A model generated the notes under the pieces. It did not search any database. It was not told where the DNA came from and worked only from the letters and a program-made list of their open reading frames with translations. A stretch of 64,000 bases of DNA from an uncultured Alphaproteobacteria bacterium (GTDB lineage: Bacteria > Pseudomonadota > Alphaproteobacteria > Rhizobiales > Xanthobacteraceae), in the NCBI GenBank assembly GCA_963786015.1, contig CAWAXO010000009.1, positions 12,855 through 76,854 of the forward strand, given 5' to 3'. The position numbers were made by a program, and so were the translations under genes. Shown here piece by piece: positions 55,410 through 64,000 of this stretch (its first letter is position 1; each line of letters begins with the position of its first letter).

Positions 55410-56624
55410 CTACATTCCGATCGACGCGAAAAAGATCGCGAACACGCCATCCATTACGATGACAAAGAAGATCCCCTTCACCACCGAGGCCGTGGTGTGC
55501 TGTCCGAGCGATTCGGCGCTGCCCTGCACCGCAAGCCCCTCCACGCAGGCGACGATGCCGATCACCGCCGCCATGACGGGTGCCTTGACGATGCCGACGA
55601 TGAAGTGATCGATCGAGATCGCGTCGCGCAGGCGCAGCAGGAAGGCTTCCGGATCGACCCCGCCATAGAGCCACGCCACCAGGCCGCCGCCATAGAGCGC
55701 CGACATCGCGCCGAGAAACGCGAGGATCGGGAGCGCGATGACCAGCGCCAGCATGCGCGGCAGGATCAGCACCTCGATCGGATCGAACCCCATGGTGCGG
55801 AGCGCGTCGATCTCCTCGCGCATCTTCATCGAGCCGAGCTCGGCGGTGTAGGCGCTGCCCGAACGGCCAGCGACCATGATCGCGACCAGCAGCACGCCGA
55901 TCTCGCGCAGCACCAGGACTCCCAGCATGTCGACGACGAAGATATCCGCGCCGAACCTGCGGAAGTGGAAGATGCCCTGCTGCGAGATGATGCAGCCGAT
56001 CAGAAACGTGATCAGCACGATGATCGGCACCGCGCGCCAGCACACCTGTTCGAGATGATGCACCGTCGAGGTCAGGCGGAAATTCTTCGGGCGCAACAAC
56101 ACCCGCGCGCTCGCCACGAGGACTGCGCCAAGCATGTCGATCAGGCCGACGAACGTGTCGCCAACTCCCGCCACAGTGCGACCGAGCTGCGCCAGCATGC
56201 TCGTGATCGTGAGCTGCGACGCTGCGACCGGGGGCTCTGCCTTTACCCGCCGCACTTCGTCGACCAGGCTTGCGTAATTGGTCGAAAGTCCCGCAATAGT
56301 CGCCTCGATCGGACCGTCAGTCAGGCTGCGGCGCAGGCGCTCGATCAGCCAGGCCCCGAACGTGTCGAGTTTCGACACCCGCGAGGCGTCGATCACGACG
56401 CTGGGGCTCGTGCCCGCCAGCCGTTCGGCATCGGCGACCATGCGCTCGAGCTGCGGCGCGAAGGGCGAGGTCCAGGACCCCACGGCGCTGATCAGAAGCA
56501 CGTTGCCTTGGACCACGCGTTGCAAGGTCGGATTGCCGGTCGCATCCGAGGGCGCGCGCGTCGAGTCCGCGGTCGCGCCCCGCGCCGCATCCCGCGCCGT
56601 TGAAGATGATTTTTCGAGCACCAC
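55410..56624 (-). CDS. mlaE: MlaE-like permease with N-terminal STAS domain
   Basis: LDTFGAWL (STAS), LREIG.LL.AIMVAGRSGSA.TAELGSM...EEIDAL. Confidence 0.9.
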   Translation of the reverse strand: MVLEKSSSTARDAARGATADSTRAPSDATGNPTLQRVVQGNVLLISAVGSWTSPFAPQLERMVADAERLAGTSPSVVIDASRVSKLDTFGAWLIERLRRSLTDGPIEATIAGLSTNYASLVDEVRRVKAEPPVAASQLTITSMLAQLGRTVAGVGDTFVGLIDMLGAVLVASARVLLRPKNFRLTSTVHHLEQVCWRAVPIIVLITFLIGCIISQQGIFHFRRFGADIFVVDMLGVLVLREIGVLLVAIMVAGRSGSAYTAELGSMKMREEIDALRTMGFDPIEVLILPRMLALVIALPILAFLGAMSALYGGGLVAWLYGGVDPEAFLLRLRDAISIDHFIVGIVKAPVMAAVIGIVACVEGLAVQGSAESLGQHTTASVVKGIFFVIVMDGVFAIFFASIGM

Positions 56625-56711
56625 GCCAAGCCCTTGTCGAGCACCCCTTTAGCCAGCCATAGTTGGGCGCGCCGGGCAAGCTCGGAGTTTAGGAAATCGC
56701 CAGATTTTAAA

Positions 56712-57722
56712 ATGACTTCCGCTAAAACGCCAACATTTGCTGTGAACAGTTTCGTGGCACGCGTCGAACGCTGGCCGATCGCGGGTTCCTTCACGATCAG
56801 CCGCGGCGCCAAGACCGAGGCAGTCACCGTCGTCGCCGAAGTCAGCCGCGACGGCCATACCGGCCGCGGCGAATGCGTTCCCTATCCGCGCTATGGCGAG
56901 ACGCCCGAGGCCACACTTGCGGCGCTTGAGGCAATGTGCGACGCGATCGCGCAGGGTCTCGACCGCGCTGGCCTTCAGGCCGCCATGCCCGCAGGTGCCG
57001 CCCGCAACGCATTGGACTGCGCGTTGATCGATCTCGAAGCGAAGCAGACGGGCTTGCGAGCCTGGAATCTGCTGAAGCGTACGCAGCCGGAGCTTTGCGT
57101 CACCGCTTACACGATTTCGCTGGGCTCGCCTGAAGCGATGGCGAAGGCGACAGCAAAGGCCGCGCACCGGCCGCTTCTGAAGATCAAGCTCGGCGGCGAC
57201 GGAGACGTCGAACGCATTGCCGCCGTCCGCCGTGCCGCCCCGACATCCGAACTGATCGTCGACGCCAACGAGGCCTGGACGCCGGCCAATCTCGAGCAGA
57301 ACCTTGCGGCATGCGCGGACGCGGGCGTAACGCTGGTCGAGCAGCCGCTCCCCGCGGGCCAAGACGGGATGCTGGCGCGAATCAAGCGCCCGATCGCGGT
57401 CTGCGCCGACGAGAGCGTGCATGATCGCGCGTCGCTCGACGGCCTGCGCGAGCGCTATGACGCCGTCAACATCAAGCTCGACAAGACCGGCGGATTGACG
57501 GAGGCGCTGGCGATGGCGGATGCCGCTCGCGCGCAAGACCTCCAGATCATGGTCGGCTGCATGGTCGCGACCTCGCTGGCGATGGCGCCCGCCATGCTGC
57601 TCACGCCGATGGCGCGCTATGTCGATCTCGACGGTCCGCTGCTGCTGGCGCGGGATCGCAACGGCGGGCTGCGTTACGACGGCAGCATGATCTATCCGCC
57701 GGATGCTGCGCTGTGGGGCTGA
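56712..57722 (+). CDS. dgcA: Enolase-superfamily epimerase/racemase (N-acetyl-D-Glu racemase DgcA / L-Ala-D/L-Glu epimerase)
   Basis: F.ISRG.K, GRGECVPY.RY, LKIKLG, VDANE, EQP, ADES, NIKLDKTGG, MVGCM, DLDG. Confidence 0.8.
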   Translation: MTSAKTPTFAVNSFVARVERWPIAGSFTISRGAKTEAVTVVAEVSRDGHTGRGECVPYPRYGETPEATLAALEAMCDAIAQGLDRAGLQAAMPAGAARNALDCALIDLEAKQTGLRAWNLLKRTQPELCVTAYTISLGSPEAMAKATAKAAHRPLLKIKLGGDGDVERIAAVRRAAPTSELIVDANEAWTPANLEQNLAACADAGVTLVEQPLPAGQDGMLARIKRPIAVCADESVHDRASLDGLRERYDAVNIKLDKTGGLTEALAMADAARAQDLQIMVGCMVATSLAMAPAMLLTPMARYVDLDGPLLLARDRNGGLRYDGSMIYPPDAALWG

Positions 57723-58891
57723 TGCGACAGGCTCGGCCGCGCGCACCACATCAGCACGGCGCCCGAAGCCGCCATCGACGCCATCAGATAATAAACGCCC
57801 TGCCCGTAATGCGCGTAGATCAGGCCCGAGACGATCGACGTGCTTGAGCTGATCATGCCGGAACAGGCGGCGTAATAACCCTGCCCCCGCGCCATCGCAT
57901 GGACCGGCACCTGGCGCAGCAGCAGTCCCATGGTCCCCAGCTGGGTGAGGCCGAAGCTCAGCCCGTGCGCAAGCTGGACGGCCGCAAGCACGGCCAAAGC
58001 CGGCTCCTGCGCCGTCACGAACCAGCGCGCCGCGGCGCTCAGTCCACCGACGACAACCATCACGGCGGGCGACAGAGTGAAGCGCGGCGACAGCGCGAAC
58101 ACCACGATTTCGGCGAGCACGCCGAGCGCCCAAAGTCCCGCGATGGTCAGCCCGCTCAGCCCCTGCGACTGCCACGTGATGGAGCCGAACGTGTAGTAGG
58201 CGGCATGGCTGCCCTGTATCAGCGCCGCCGCTACGATGATCGCGAGAAAGCTCCGCCGGCGCAGCAATGTGCCGTCGCCGTGATCCGCAGCCGCAGCTTT
58301 TCTCGAATCGTCCAATGGCTGCAGGGCGAGGCTGACAGCCGCACCAAGCGCGCCAAGGCCGACGATGATCCAGATGAGGCGCGAGGCCGCGATCATGTCG
58401 ATCAGCAGTCCGCAGGCGAGCGCGCCGACGACGAACGCCGCCGAGCCCCACAGCCGCAACCGCCCGTAGTTCAGCCCGTAGCGCATCACCCCGCGCAGCG
58501 CGTAAGCGTCGGTCAGCGGCAGCATCGGCGTCCACAGGCAGCAGGTCGCGACATAGAGCAGGAAAATCGGAACCGGCAGATGCTGCGTGCCGACGACGGC
58601 GAAGCCGAGCGCGGTGGCGAACGCCGTCAGCATCAAGGCGCCGCGCAGCGCATGGCGGCGTTCGGCCAACCCCGTGATGAAGGGCAGAACGGTAAACCGC
58701 GTCACGGCGGGAACGGCGCTGATGACGCCGATCCAGGACGCGTCAAGCCCGATCGCACGCAGCCAAACCGGAAAAAACGGCAGATGCGTGCCGGACAGGC
58801 CGAACTGGGTCCCGTAAAAAAGCCCCAGGCGTGCCGCGAAACGGCGCGAGGCCGCGTGTGAAGTCATGGGGATTTCTGATTCGGAAGCCAT
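57692..58891 (-). CDS. MFS transporter, HcaT/MFS_1-like
   Basis: LPFFPVWL...G, YG.LRLWGS.AF, Q.SHA.YY.F, GV.AEI..F, Q..HG.SFG. Confidence 0.85.
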   Translation of the reverse strand: MASESEIPMTSHAASRRFAARLGLFYGTQFGLSGTHLPFFPVWLRAIGLDASWIGVISAVPAVTRFTVLPFITGLAERRHALRGALMLTAFATALGFAVVGTQHLPVPIFLLYVATCCLWTPMLPLTDAYALRGVMRYGLNYGRLRLWGSAAFVVGALACGLLIDMIAASRLIWIIVGLGALGAAVSLALQPLDDSRKAAAADHGDGTLLRRRSFLAIIVAAALIQGSHAAYYTFGSITWQSQGLSGLTIAGLWALGVLAEIVVFALSPRFTLSPAVMVVVGGLSAAARWFVTAQEPALAVLAAVQLAHGLSFGLTQLGTMGLLLRQVPVHAMARGQGYYAACSGMISSSTSIVSGLIYAHYGQGVYYLMASMAASGAVLMWCARPSLSHQPHSAASGG

Positions 58892-58966
58892 CAATTCAAT
58901 TGCGATTCGGACAAGATCATGGTGATCGTTAACCCAACGCGCTGTGATTTGCGCGACGAGTTTGTC

Positions 58967-60406
58967 ATGACCGACGACGTATTCGCCCTTTCGCCGATTT
59001 CCGCTCGCGCTGTCCAGCCGAGCGAGGCGGACTATGAAGCGATCCGCGATGCCTTCATGGAGACATCGCGCGGTCGCTGGTTTCTCGGCGAGTATGCCAA
59101 GCGCAACCGCAATGCCGACACCAGCATGGTGCTCGATGCGGTGGCGCGAATCGAGGAAGTGCTGGCGACACAGCGACAGGCGCCGCTGCCCGACAACAGG
59201 CTTCCCGAAGCGCTGGCCGCGATCAGGAGCGCGCTGGAACGGGCCAAGGAAACGGCCGGTGCGGCATTCGACGGTCCAGCGATGGACGGCAATCTCGCGC
59301 CGATCCGCAAGGGCATCGTGATCATCAAGGAAATCTCCTGGCGGTGGCGCGAAATCGGCGCGGACGGGCGGATTTGCGACCTGATCGATTCTCAGCTCGA
59401 CGCCATCGAAGCCGGCTGCCGCCAGATCGCGGGCATCGATCCCCGCGCCGCGCTGGGTAACGCGCTCGACCTGATCAAGTCGAGCATCGACCAGTTCGGT
59501 GAGAGCGCTGAGGCGTCCGGCCCGGCCCCGGACGACACCGTCGCGGCCGCGCCACAGCCGGCAGCCGATCCGGTAACGCGACCGGAGCCGGAGACGGCCG
59601 ACGACGAAGCCGTCAGTGCCAAGGCTACTCTCGCTGAGCAGATTGAAGTGGAGCAGCCAGTTCCGCCGCAGGCACTCGCGATGGATCAAGCAGAGGCCGC
59701 CGTCGCAAAGCAGGATGCCATTGCAGAGCAGAGCATCCCTGCAAAGCAGGACGTGGCCGCAGAGCAAGATGTTGTTCGCCAGCATGTGCCCGAAGGGGAC
59801 GTGGTTGCGAATTTTTCCGGTGTGCCGGACGTCGGCACCGATGCGGTCACGAGATCGGCCGAGCCGAATTCCGCTGCCGTTGCGCAGGACGATCAGGCGC
59901 AGGCCGATGCGCATGATGAGGCGGTGCTGGAGGCGGTCGCGGCCGAGATGTCTGCGCCCGACCCGATCGATATCGACGACTTTTCCGATGCGGTCGCCGA
60001 CGACATTGTCGTCACCATGCGGCCGCCTGAGCCGGCCGCGGTGACGCCGGAGCCCGAGCCGATGCCGGAGCCCACCCCCATGCCGGTGCGGCCACCGATC
60101 GTTCAGCCCTTTCCGCAGGCTGTGCCCGTAGCGGCCTCGCTGCCTCCTGCAGCCGTGCCGGTTGCTGCCTCGCCCACGACGCTGGCGGCTTCGCTCCCAG
60201 CCTCACCTGCGTCGGTCGTCACCCCGCTTCCGCCCTCATCGCCCGTGGTTGCGCGCGCAGCCGCTCCCGAGCCGGCCGTTGAAGCATCGCTCGGTTCGAC
60301 GATCATCGCCAATGGCCTGCTGCAGCCGGTCAAGCCGCCCGCCAATGATCCCTTGGCACCGATCCGGCGCATGAGCCAGGCCGAGAAGATCGCGTTCTTC
60401 TCCTGA
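58967..60406 (+). CDS. Hypothetical protein with conserved helical N-terminus and acidic/Pro-rich linker
   Basis: DYEAI..A.MET.RGRWFL.EYA.RNRNADT, a motif I associate with alphaproteobacterial CheZ-like proteins; short tail DPLAPIRRMSQAEKIAFFS. Confidence 0.6.
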   Translation: MTDDVFALSPISARAVQPSEADYEAIRDAFMETSRGRWFLGEYAKRNRNADTSMVLDAVARIEEVLATQRQAPLPDNRLPEALAAIRSALERAKETAGAAFDGPAMDGNLAPIRKGIVIIKEISWRWREIGADGRICDLIDSQLDAIEAGCRQIAGIDPRAALGNALDLIKSSIDQFGESAEASGPAPDDTVAAAPQPAADPVTRPEPETADDEAVSAKATLAEQIEVEQPVPPQALAMDQAEAAVAKQDAIAEQSIPAKQDVAAEQDVVRQHVPEGDVVANFSGVPDVGTDAVTRSAEPNSAAVAQDDQAQADAHDEAVLEAVAAEMSAPDPIDIDDFSDAVADDIVVTMRPPEPAAVTPEPEPMPEPTPMPVRPPIVQPFPQAVPVAASLPPAAVPVAASPTTLAASLPASPASVVTPLPPSSPVVARAAAPEPAVEASLGSTIIANGLLQPVKPPANDPLAPIRRMSQAEKIAFFS

Positions 60407-60560
60407 AGACGCGGGGTCTGCCCTTCTTCCGCAAGCATTGTTGAAGCCTGTCGATCGACGGGCTGCACGAACGTGACCGGCATCACGTACCGCCGCGCTG
60501 CGGCCGCCTAACGTGCCTCCCGAACCAGTCTCGCATCGAGATGCGTGGAAGGAGGACGCC

Positions 60561-62273
60561 ATGTCCCGTCTCAAGTCACCGCTGCTGTGCGTGGCTCTGC
60601 TTGCCGGTCTGCTCGGCTTTGCCAATCACAAGACATTCGCTCAGGCGACCACAGATGCCATCCCTCACCCGCCGCCGCGTGCGCTGGCGCAGGTGCAGCC
60701 GGCCGCGGCGCGCCCTGACGACAACGCGCAGAGCGCGCCGGAGGGGCCGGAGCAGCGCGTGGCGCTGGTGATCGGCAATTCGAACTACAAGAACGCAGCC
60801 CAGCTCGCCAATCCCGGCAACGACGCGCAATCGATGGCGGAGTTCCTGAGCTCGGCGGGTTTCGAGGTGATCTCGGCGACCAACCTGACGCAGAACGACA
60901 TGATCCGCGTCGTGCAGGATTTCTCGGCCAAGGTTGCCACGCGCGGCCCGAACACGGTGGCGATGGTCTACTATGCCGGCCACGGCGTGCAGCTCGAGGG
61001 CGAGAACTATCTGATCCCGATCGACGCCAAGGTCGCCTCGCCGCGCGAGCTTGTCGGCGACTCGCTCCGTCTCGTCGACGTGATGGCGACGCTGGAAGCG
61101 ATCCCGAGCCGGGTCCGCATCGTGATGCTCGACGCCTGCCGCAACAATCCGTTCCCCTCGGTGGTCGATGCGGGACGCGGACTTGCGATCGTCGATGCGC
61201 CGAACGGCTCGATCGTCGGCTATTCGACCGCACCGGGTACGGAAGCCCAGGACGGCCGCGACGGACACAGCCCCTATACGTCGGCTTTCCTGCGCCTGGC
61301 ACATGAGCGGAACGTGCCGATCGAGCAGCTCTTCAAGCGCATCCGGCTCGAGGTCAATCACACGACAGACGGCGTGCAGACACCCTGGGAAAGCTCGTCG
61401 CTGACCAGCGAGTTCTATTTCTTCGGCGACACGGCGGTTGCTGCGGCGAGGACGCCGGAGCACGGCCCGGTCGTGCAGATGGCGTCGAACCTGCCGATGC
61501 GCTCGGTGCGGCAGGCCTATGACTATGTCCTGTCGGAAGGCTCGCCGGCCTACTACCAGGAGTTCATCCAGATGTTCCCGCGCGATCCGCTGTGTGAGCG
61601 CATCCGCTTCCTGCTCGGACAGCTCTTGCAGGCAGCGGCGTGGCATGAGGCGGTGCTGGCGAACTCGCCGCCGGCCTACAAGTCGTTCTACGACAAGTAC
61701 TCGTCGAGCCCCTATGCCCTGTCGGCGCTGAAGCTGCAGTCGCAGCCCAAGGTCACGCCGCTGCTGCAGCCAACGCACCTGATCGTGCCGCAGCAGCTCG
61801 AGCCTGCGCTGAAGGTCTCGGGAACACCGAAGTACAATCTCAACGTCCGCGCCGTCGGACCTTTGGGACCGGGTCATGCGGCGGTGCCCGGCGATAATCC
61901 AACCAAGATCGTCACGCTGCCGGCACAGCGTAACGCGATGCCTGATGCCGGCAAGACGGCGGCTGGCGAGACGGTGGCTGGCGAGACGGTGGGCAAGGCC
62001 GTGCCGACGCAGGATCTCGAGGGCGACCGCTTCACCGGCAAGGGCGATCGTCTCGTCGGCAAGGGCGACCGCTTGCCGAACCGCGTCGTCGAGCATCCGA
62101 TCGAGACACGCGACACCGGCATCCGCAAGCTTAACAGTCCGCCCCCGACGCGCGGTCCCCGCCAGACGGGCTTCATGCCCCGCCGCATGGGCGGTGGCGG
62201 CATCCGTAGCGGCGGCTTCGGCCCGCATGTCGCGATGGGCGGCGGCGGCCATAGCGGATTCGGCCGACACTGA
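60561..62273 (+). CDS. Caspase-family (peptidase C14) protein with signal peptide
   Basis: RVALVIGN..Y, L.NP.NDA, YYAGHG, LDACRNNP, DG...HSPYT, Q.PW. Confidence 0.9.
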   Translation: MSRLKSPLLCVALLAGLLGFANHKTFAQATTDAIPHPPPRALAQVQPAAARPDDNAQSAPEGPEQRVALVIGNSNYKNAAQLANPGNDAQSMAEFLSSAGFEVISATNLTQNDMIRVVQDFSAKVATRGPNTVAMVYYAGHGVQLEGENYLIPIDAKVASPRELVGDSLRLVDVMATLEAIPSRVRIVMLDACRNNPFPSVVDAGRGLAIVDAPNGSIVGYSTAPGTEAQDGRDGHSPYTSAFLRLAHERNVPIEQLFKRIRLEVNHTTDGVQTPWESSSLTSEFYFFGDTAVAAARTPEHGPVVQMASNLPMRSVRQAYDYVLSEGSPAYYQEFIQMFPRDPLCERIRFLLGQLLQAAAWHEAVLANSPPAYKSFYDKYSSSPYALSALKLQSQPKVTPLLQPTHLIVPQQLEPALKVSGTPKYNLNVRAVGPLGPGHAAVPGDNPTKIVTLPAQRNAMPDAGKTAAGETVAGETVGKAVPTQDLEGDRFTGKGDRLVGKGDRLPNRVVEHPIETRDTGIRKLNSPPPTRGPRQTGFMPRRMGGGGIRSGGFGPHVAMGGGGHSGFGRH

Positions 62274-62351
62274 TCGCGCCCCACCCGACAGGCGCATCGA
62301 ACCCGGACGTCACGACGCGGGCGGCACAATCGCCCGCGCTTCGATGGCTGA

Positions 62352-63341
62352 TCAGGCCACGAGCCTGGCGTAGAGATCGGCGTCGACATTGCCGCCGGAG
62401 AGCACGATGACGACGTTCTTGCCCTTGGCGTCGATCCGGCCCGACAGCAGCGCGGCAAGGCCGACCGCCCCGCCCGGCTCGACCACCAGCTTCAACTCGC
62501 GATAGGCGAAGCCGACTGCTGCTGCGACTTCGTCATCGGACGCGGTGACGCCGCGCGACAGCAGCCGGCTGTTGATGGCAAATGTCAGCTCGCCCGGGAT
62601 CTGCGCCATCAGCGCGTCGCAGATGGTGCGGCCCGAGGCGTGATGCGCCTCGCGCTTTCCGGCGCGCAGCGAGCGGGTGTGGTCGTCGAACGACTCGGGC
62701 TCGGCCACGATGATCTCGGCTTGCGGGAAGCGCGCCTTGACCGCGGTGGCGACGCCCGCGATCAGGCCGCCGCCGGAGGCCGGCGCCACCACGATATCGG
62801 GCGTCAGCCCAAGCGCCGCCATGTCCTCGGCGATCTCGCGGCCCGCGGTGCCCTGGCCCGCGATCACGAAGGGATCGTCATAGGGGCGCACCAGCGTCGC
62901 GCTGCGCTTGGCGGCAATATCGCGCGCGATCGCCTCGCGGTCCTCGCGATCGCGATCGTACAGCACGACCTCGGCGCCATAGGCCTTGGTGCGCTCGCGC
63001 TTCGACAGCGGCGCGTCCGCCGGCATCACGATGGTCGCCTGCATGTTGAGGATCTTGGCCGCGGCCGCGACACCCTGGGCATGATTGCCGGAGGAGAACG
63101 CGACCACGCCGCCGCCGCGCTCAGCCTGCGGGATCGACGACAGCTTGTTGAAGGCGCCGCGGAACTTGAACGAGCCGGTCCGCTGCAGCATTTCCGGCTT
63201 CAGAAACACCTTGGTGCCGACGCGCTCGCAGAGAACGGGCGGCGACAGCAGCGGTGTGCGCACCGCGAACGGCGCGACCACGCGGGCGGCCGCTTCGATA
63301 TCCGAGGGGCCGATGGGCAGGTTTGCGGGGGCTATTGTCAT
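62352..63341 (-). CDS. Threonine/serine dehydratase (serine racemase-like, PLP fold II)
   Basis: K.E.LQRTGSFKFRGA, SSGNHAQG, GQGT, GGGLI.G, EPGGA, SGGN. Confidence 0.9.
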   Translation of the reverse strand: MTIAPANLPIGPSDIEAAARVVAPFAVRTPLLSPPVLCERVGTKVFLKPEMLQRTGSFKFRGAFNKLSSIPQAERGGGVVAFSSGNHAQGVAAAAKILNMQATIVMPADAPLSKRERTKAYGAEVVLYDRDREDREAIARDIAAKRSATLVRPYDDPFVIAGQGTAGREIAEDMAALGLTPDIVVAPASGGGLIAGVATAVKARFPQAEIIVAEPESFDDHTRSLRAGKREAHHASGRTICDALMAQIPGELTFAINSRLLSRGVTASDDEVAAAVGFAYRELKLVVEPGGAVGLAALLSGRIDAKGKNVVIVLSGGNVDADLYARLVA

Positions 63342-63471
63342 GTTACTGTTGTATCGCGCCGGCGCACAGACGGGCAAGAGCGGTGCGCTGCGCCAAATGT
63401 CACCATTGCGTGCCGGGCTGCCCTCTTGGCGCCCTCCCTAGCTGTCACCGCGACGTGCGCCCTGCAGTTCC

Positions 63472-64000
63472 CTAGGCCGCGCGCGCTGCGACCTGCGGAA
63501 CGGCGGCCGGCCGCAGGGCCGGATCGGTCCAGGTGATGATTTCGAACTGGCCGTCCTCGTGTTCGGCAAGCGCGGTGCAGCTCTCCACCCAGTCGCCGCA
63601 GTTCATGTAGCGGATGCCCTGCTCGTCGCGGATGGTGGCGTAATGGATGTGGCCGCAGATCACGCCCTCGGCGCCGTGACGCCGCGCCTCGGCCGCGAGC
63701 GCCGTCTCGAACGCGCCGATATAGTTCACCGCGTTCTTCACCTTCAGCTTGGCCCATTGCGACAGCGACCAGTAGCGCACGCCGAACATGCGCCGGAAGA
63801 AGTTCACCAGCCGGTTCATCTGGATCGCGAAATCGTAGGCCTTGTCGCCGAGATGGGCGAGCCAGCGCGCGTTCTGCACCACGAGGTCGAAGATATCGCC
63901 GTGGATGACGAGGTAACGCCGACCGTCAGCGCCGGTATGCACGATGTTCTCCACGACATCGATGCCGCCGAAATGCGTGCCGTAGTAGTTGCGCAGAAAC
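63472..64000 (-). CDS. LpxH-like UDP-2,3-diacylglucosamine diphosphatase / metallophosphoesterase (5' end outside window)
   Basis: HGDIFD, GVICGHIH, YMNCGDWVESCTAL.E. Confidence 0.85.
   Translation of the reverse strand, partial: FLRNYYGTHFGGIDVVENIVHTGADGRRYLVIHGDIFDLVVQNARWLAHLGDKAYDFAIQMNRLVNFFRRMFGVRYWSLSQWAKLKVKNAVNYIGAFETALAAEARRHGAEGVICGHIHYATIRDEQGIRYMNCGDWVESCTALAEHEDGQFEIITWTDPALRPAAVPQVAARAA

Overview
Positions ~5,000-64,000 read as a GC-rich alphaproteobacterial chromosome, Bradyrhizobium/Nitrobacteraceae-like by gene content and intergenic repeats (inference). The core is a flagellar locus (dksA-fliX / flgI-flgJ-like, flaF, two ~520-aa flagellins, flbT, flgL, flgK, flgE) with visible sigma54, FlbD-type (ftr), IHF and CtrA motifs. 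Between flbT and flgL lies a co-oriented five-gene enzyme cassette: GT-A glycosyltransferase, orphan PLP enzyme, ATP-grasp ligase, group II PLP decarboxylase and TPR-glycosyltransferase. This is the best candidate for an undescribed system, a flagellar protein glycosylation/amidation pathway (inference). A ~100-aa Ser/Thr-rich module recurs in both flagellins, FlgL and FlgE. The rest holds housekeeping and stress genes (msrB, sixA, USP, yciF, ferredoxin/FNR, GPR/RgsE-like polar scaffold, mlaFED-like, dgcA, caspase-family protease, threonine dehydratase, LpxH-like), several REP-like palindromes, a degraded IS630 and a duplicated structured non-coding element. The first ~4.7 kb is a patchwork (EthD, MFS-HEAT fusion, YceI, truncated mosB plus intact mosA) that may be chimeric. 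Many genes carry single-base frameshifts, most likely long-read consensus errors, so frameshifted genes are reported as joined CDSs. No rRNA, tRNA or CRISPR array was seen.
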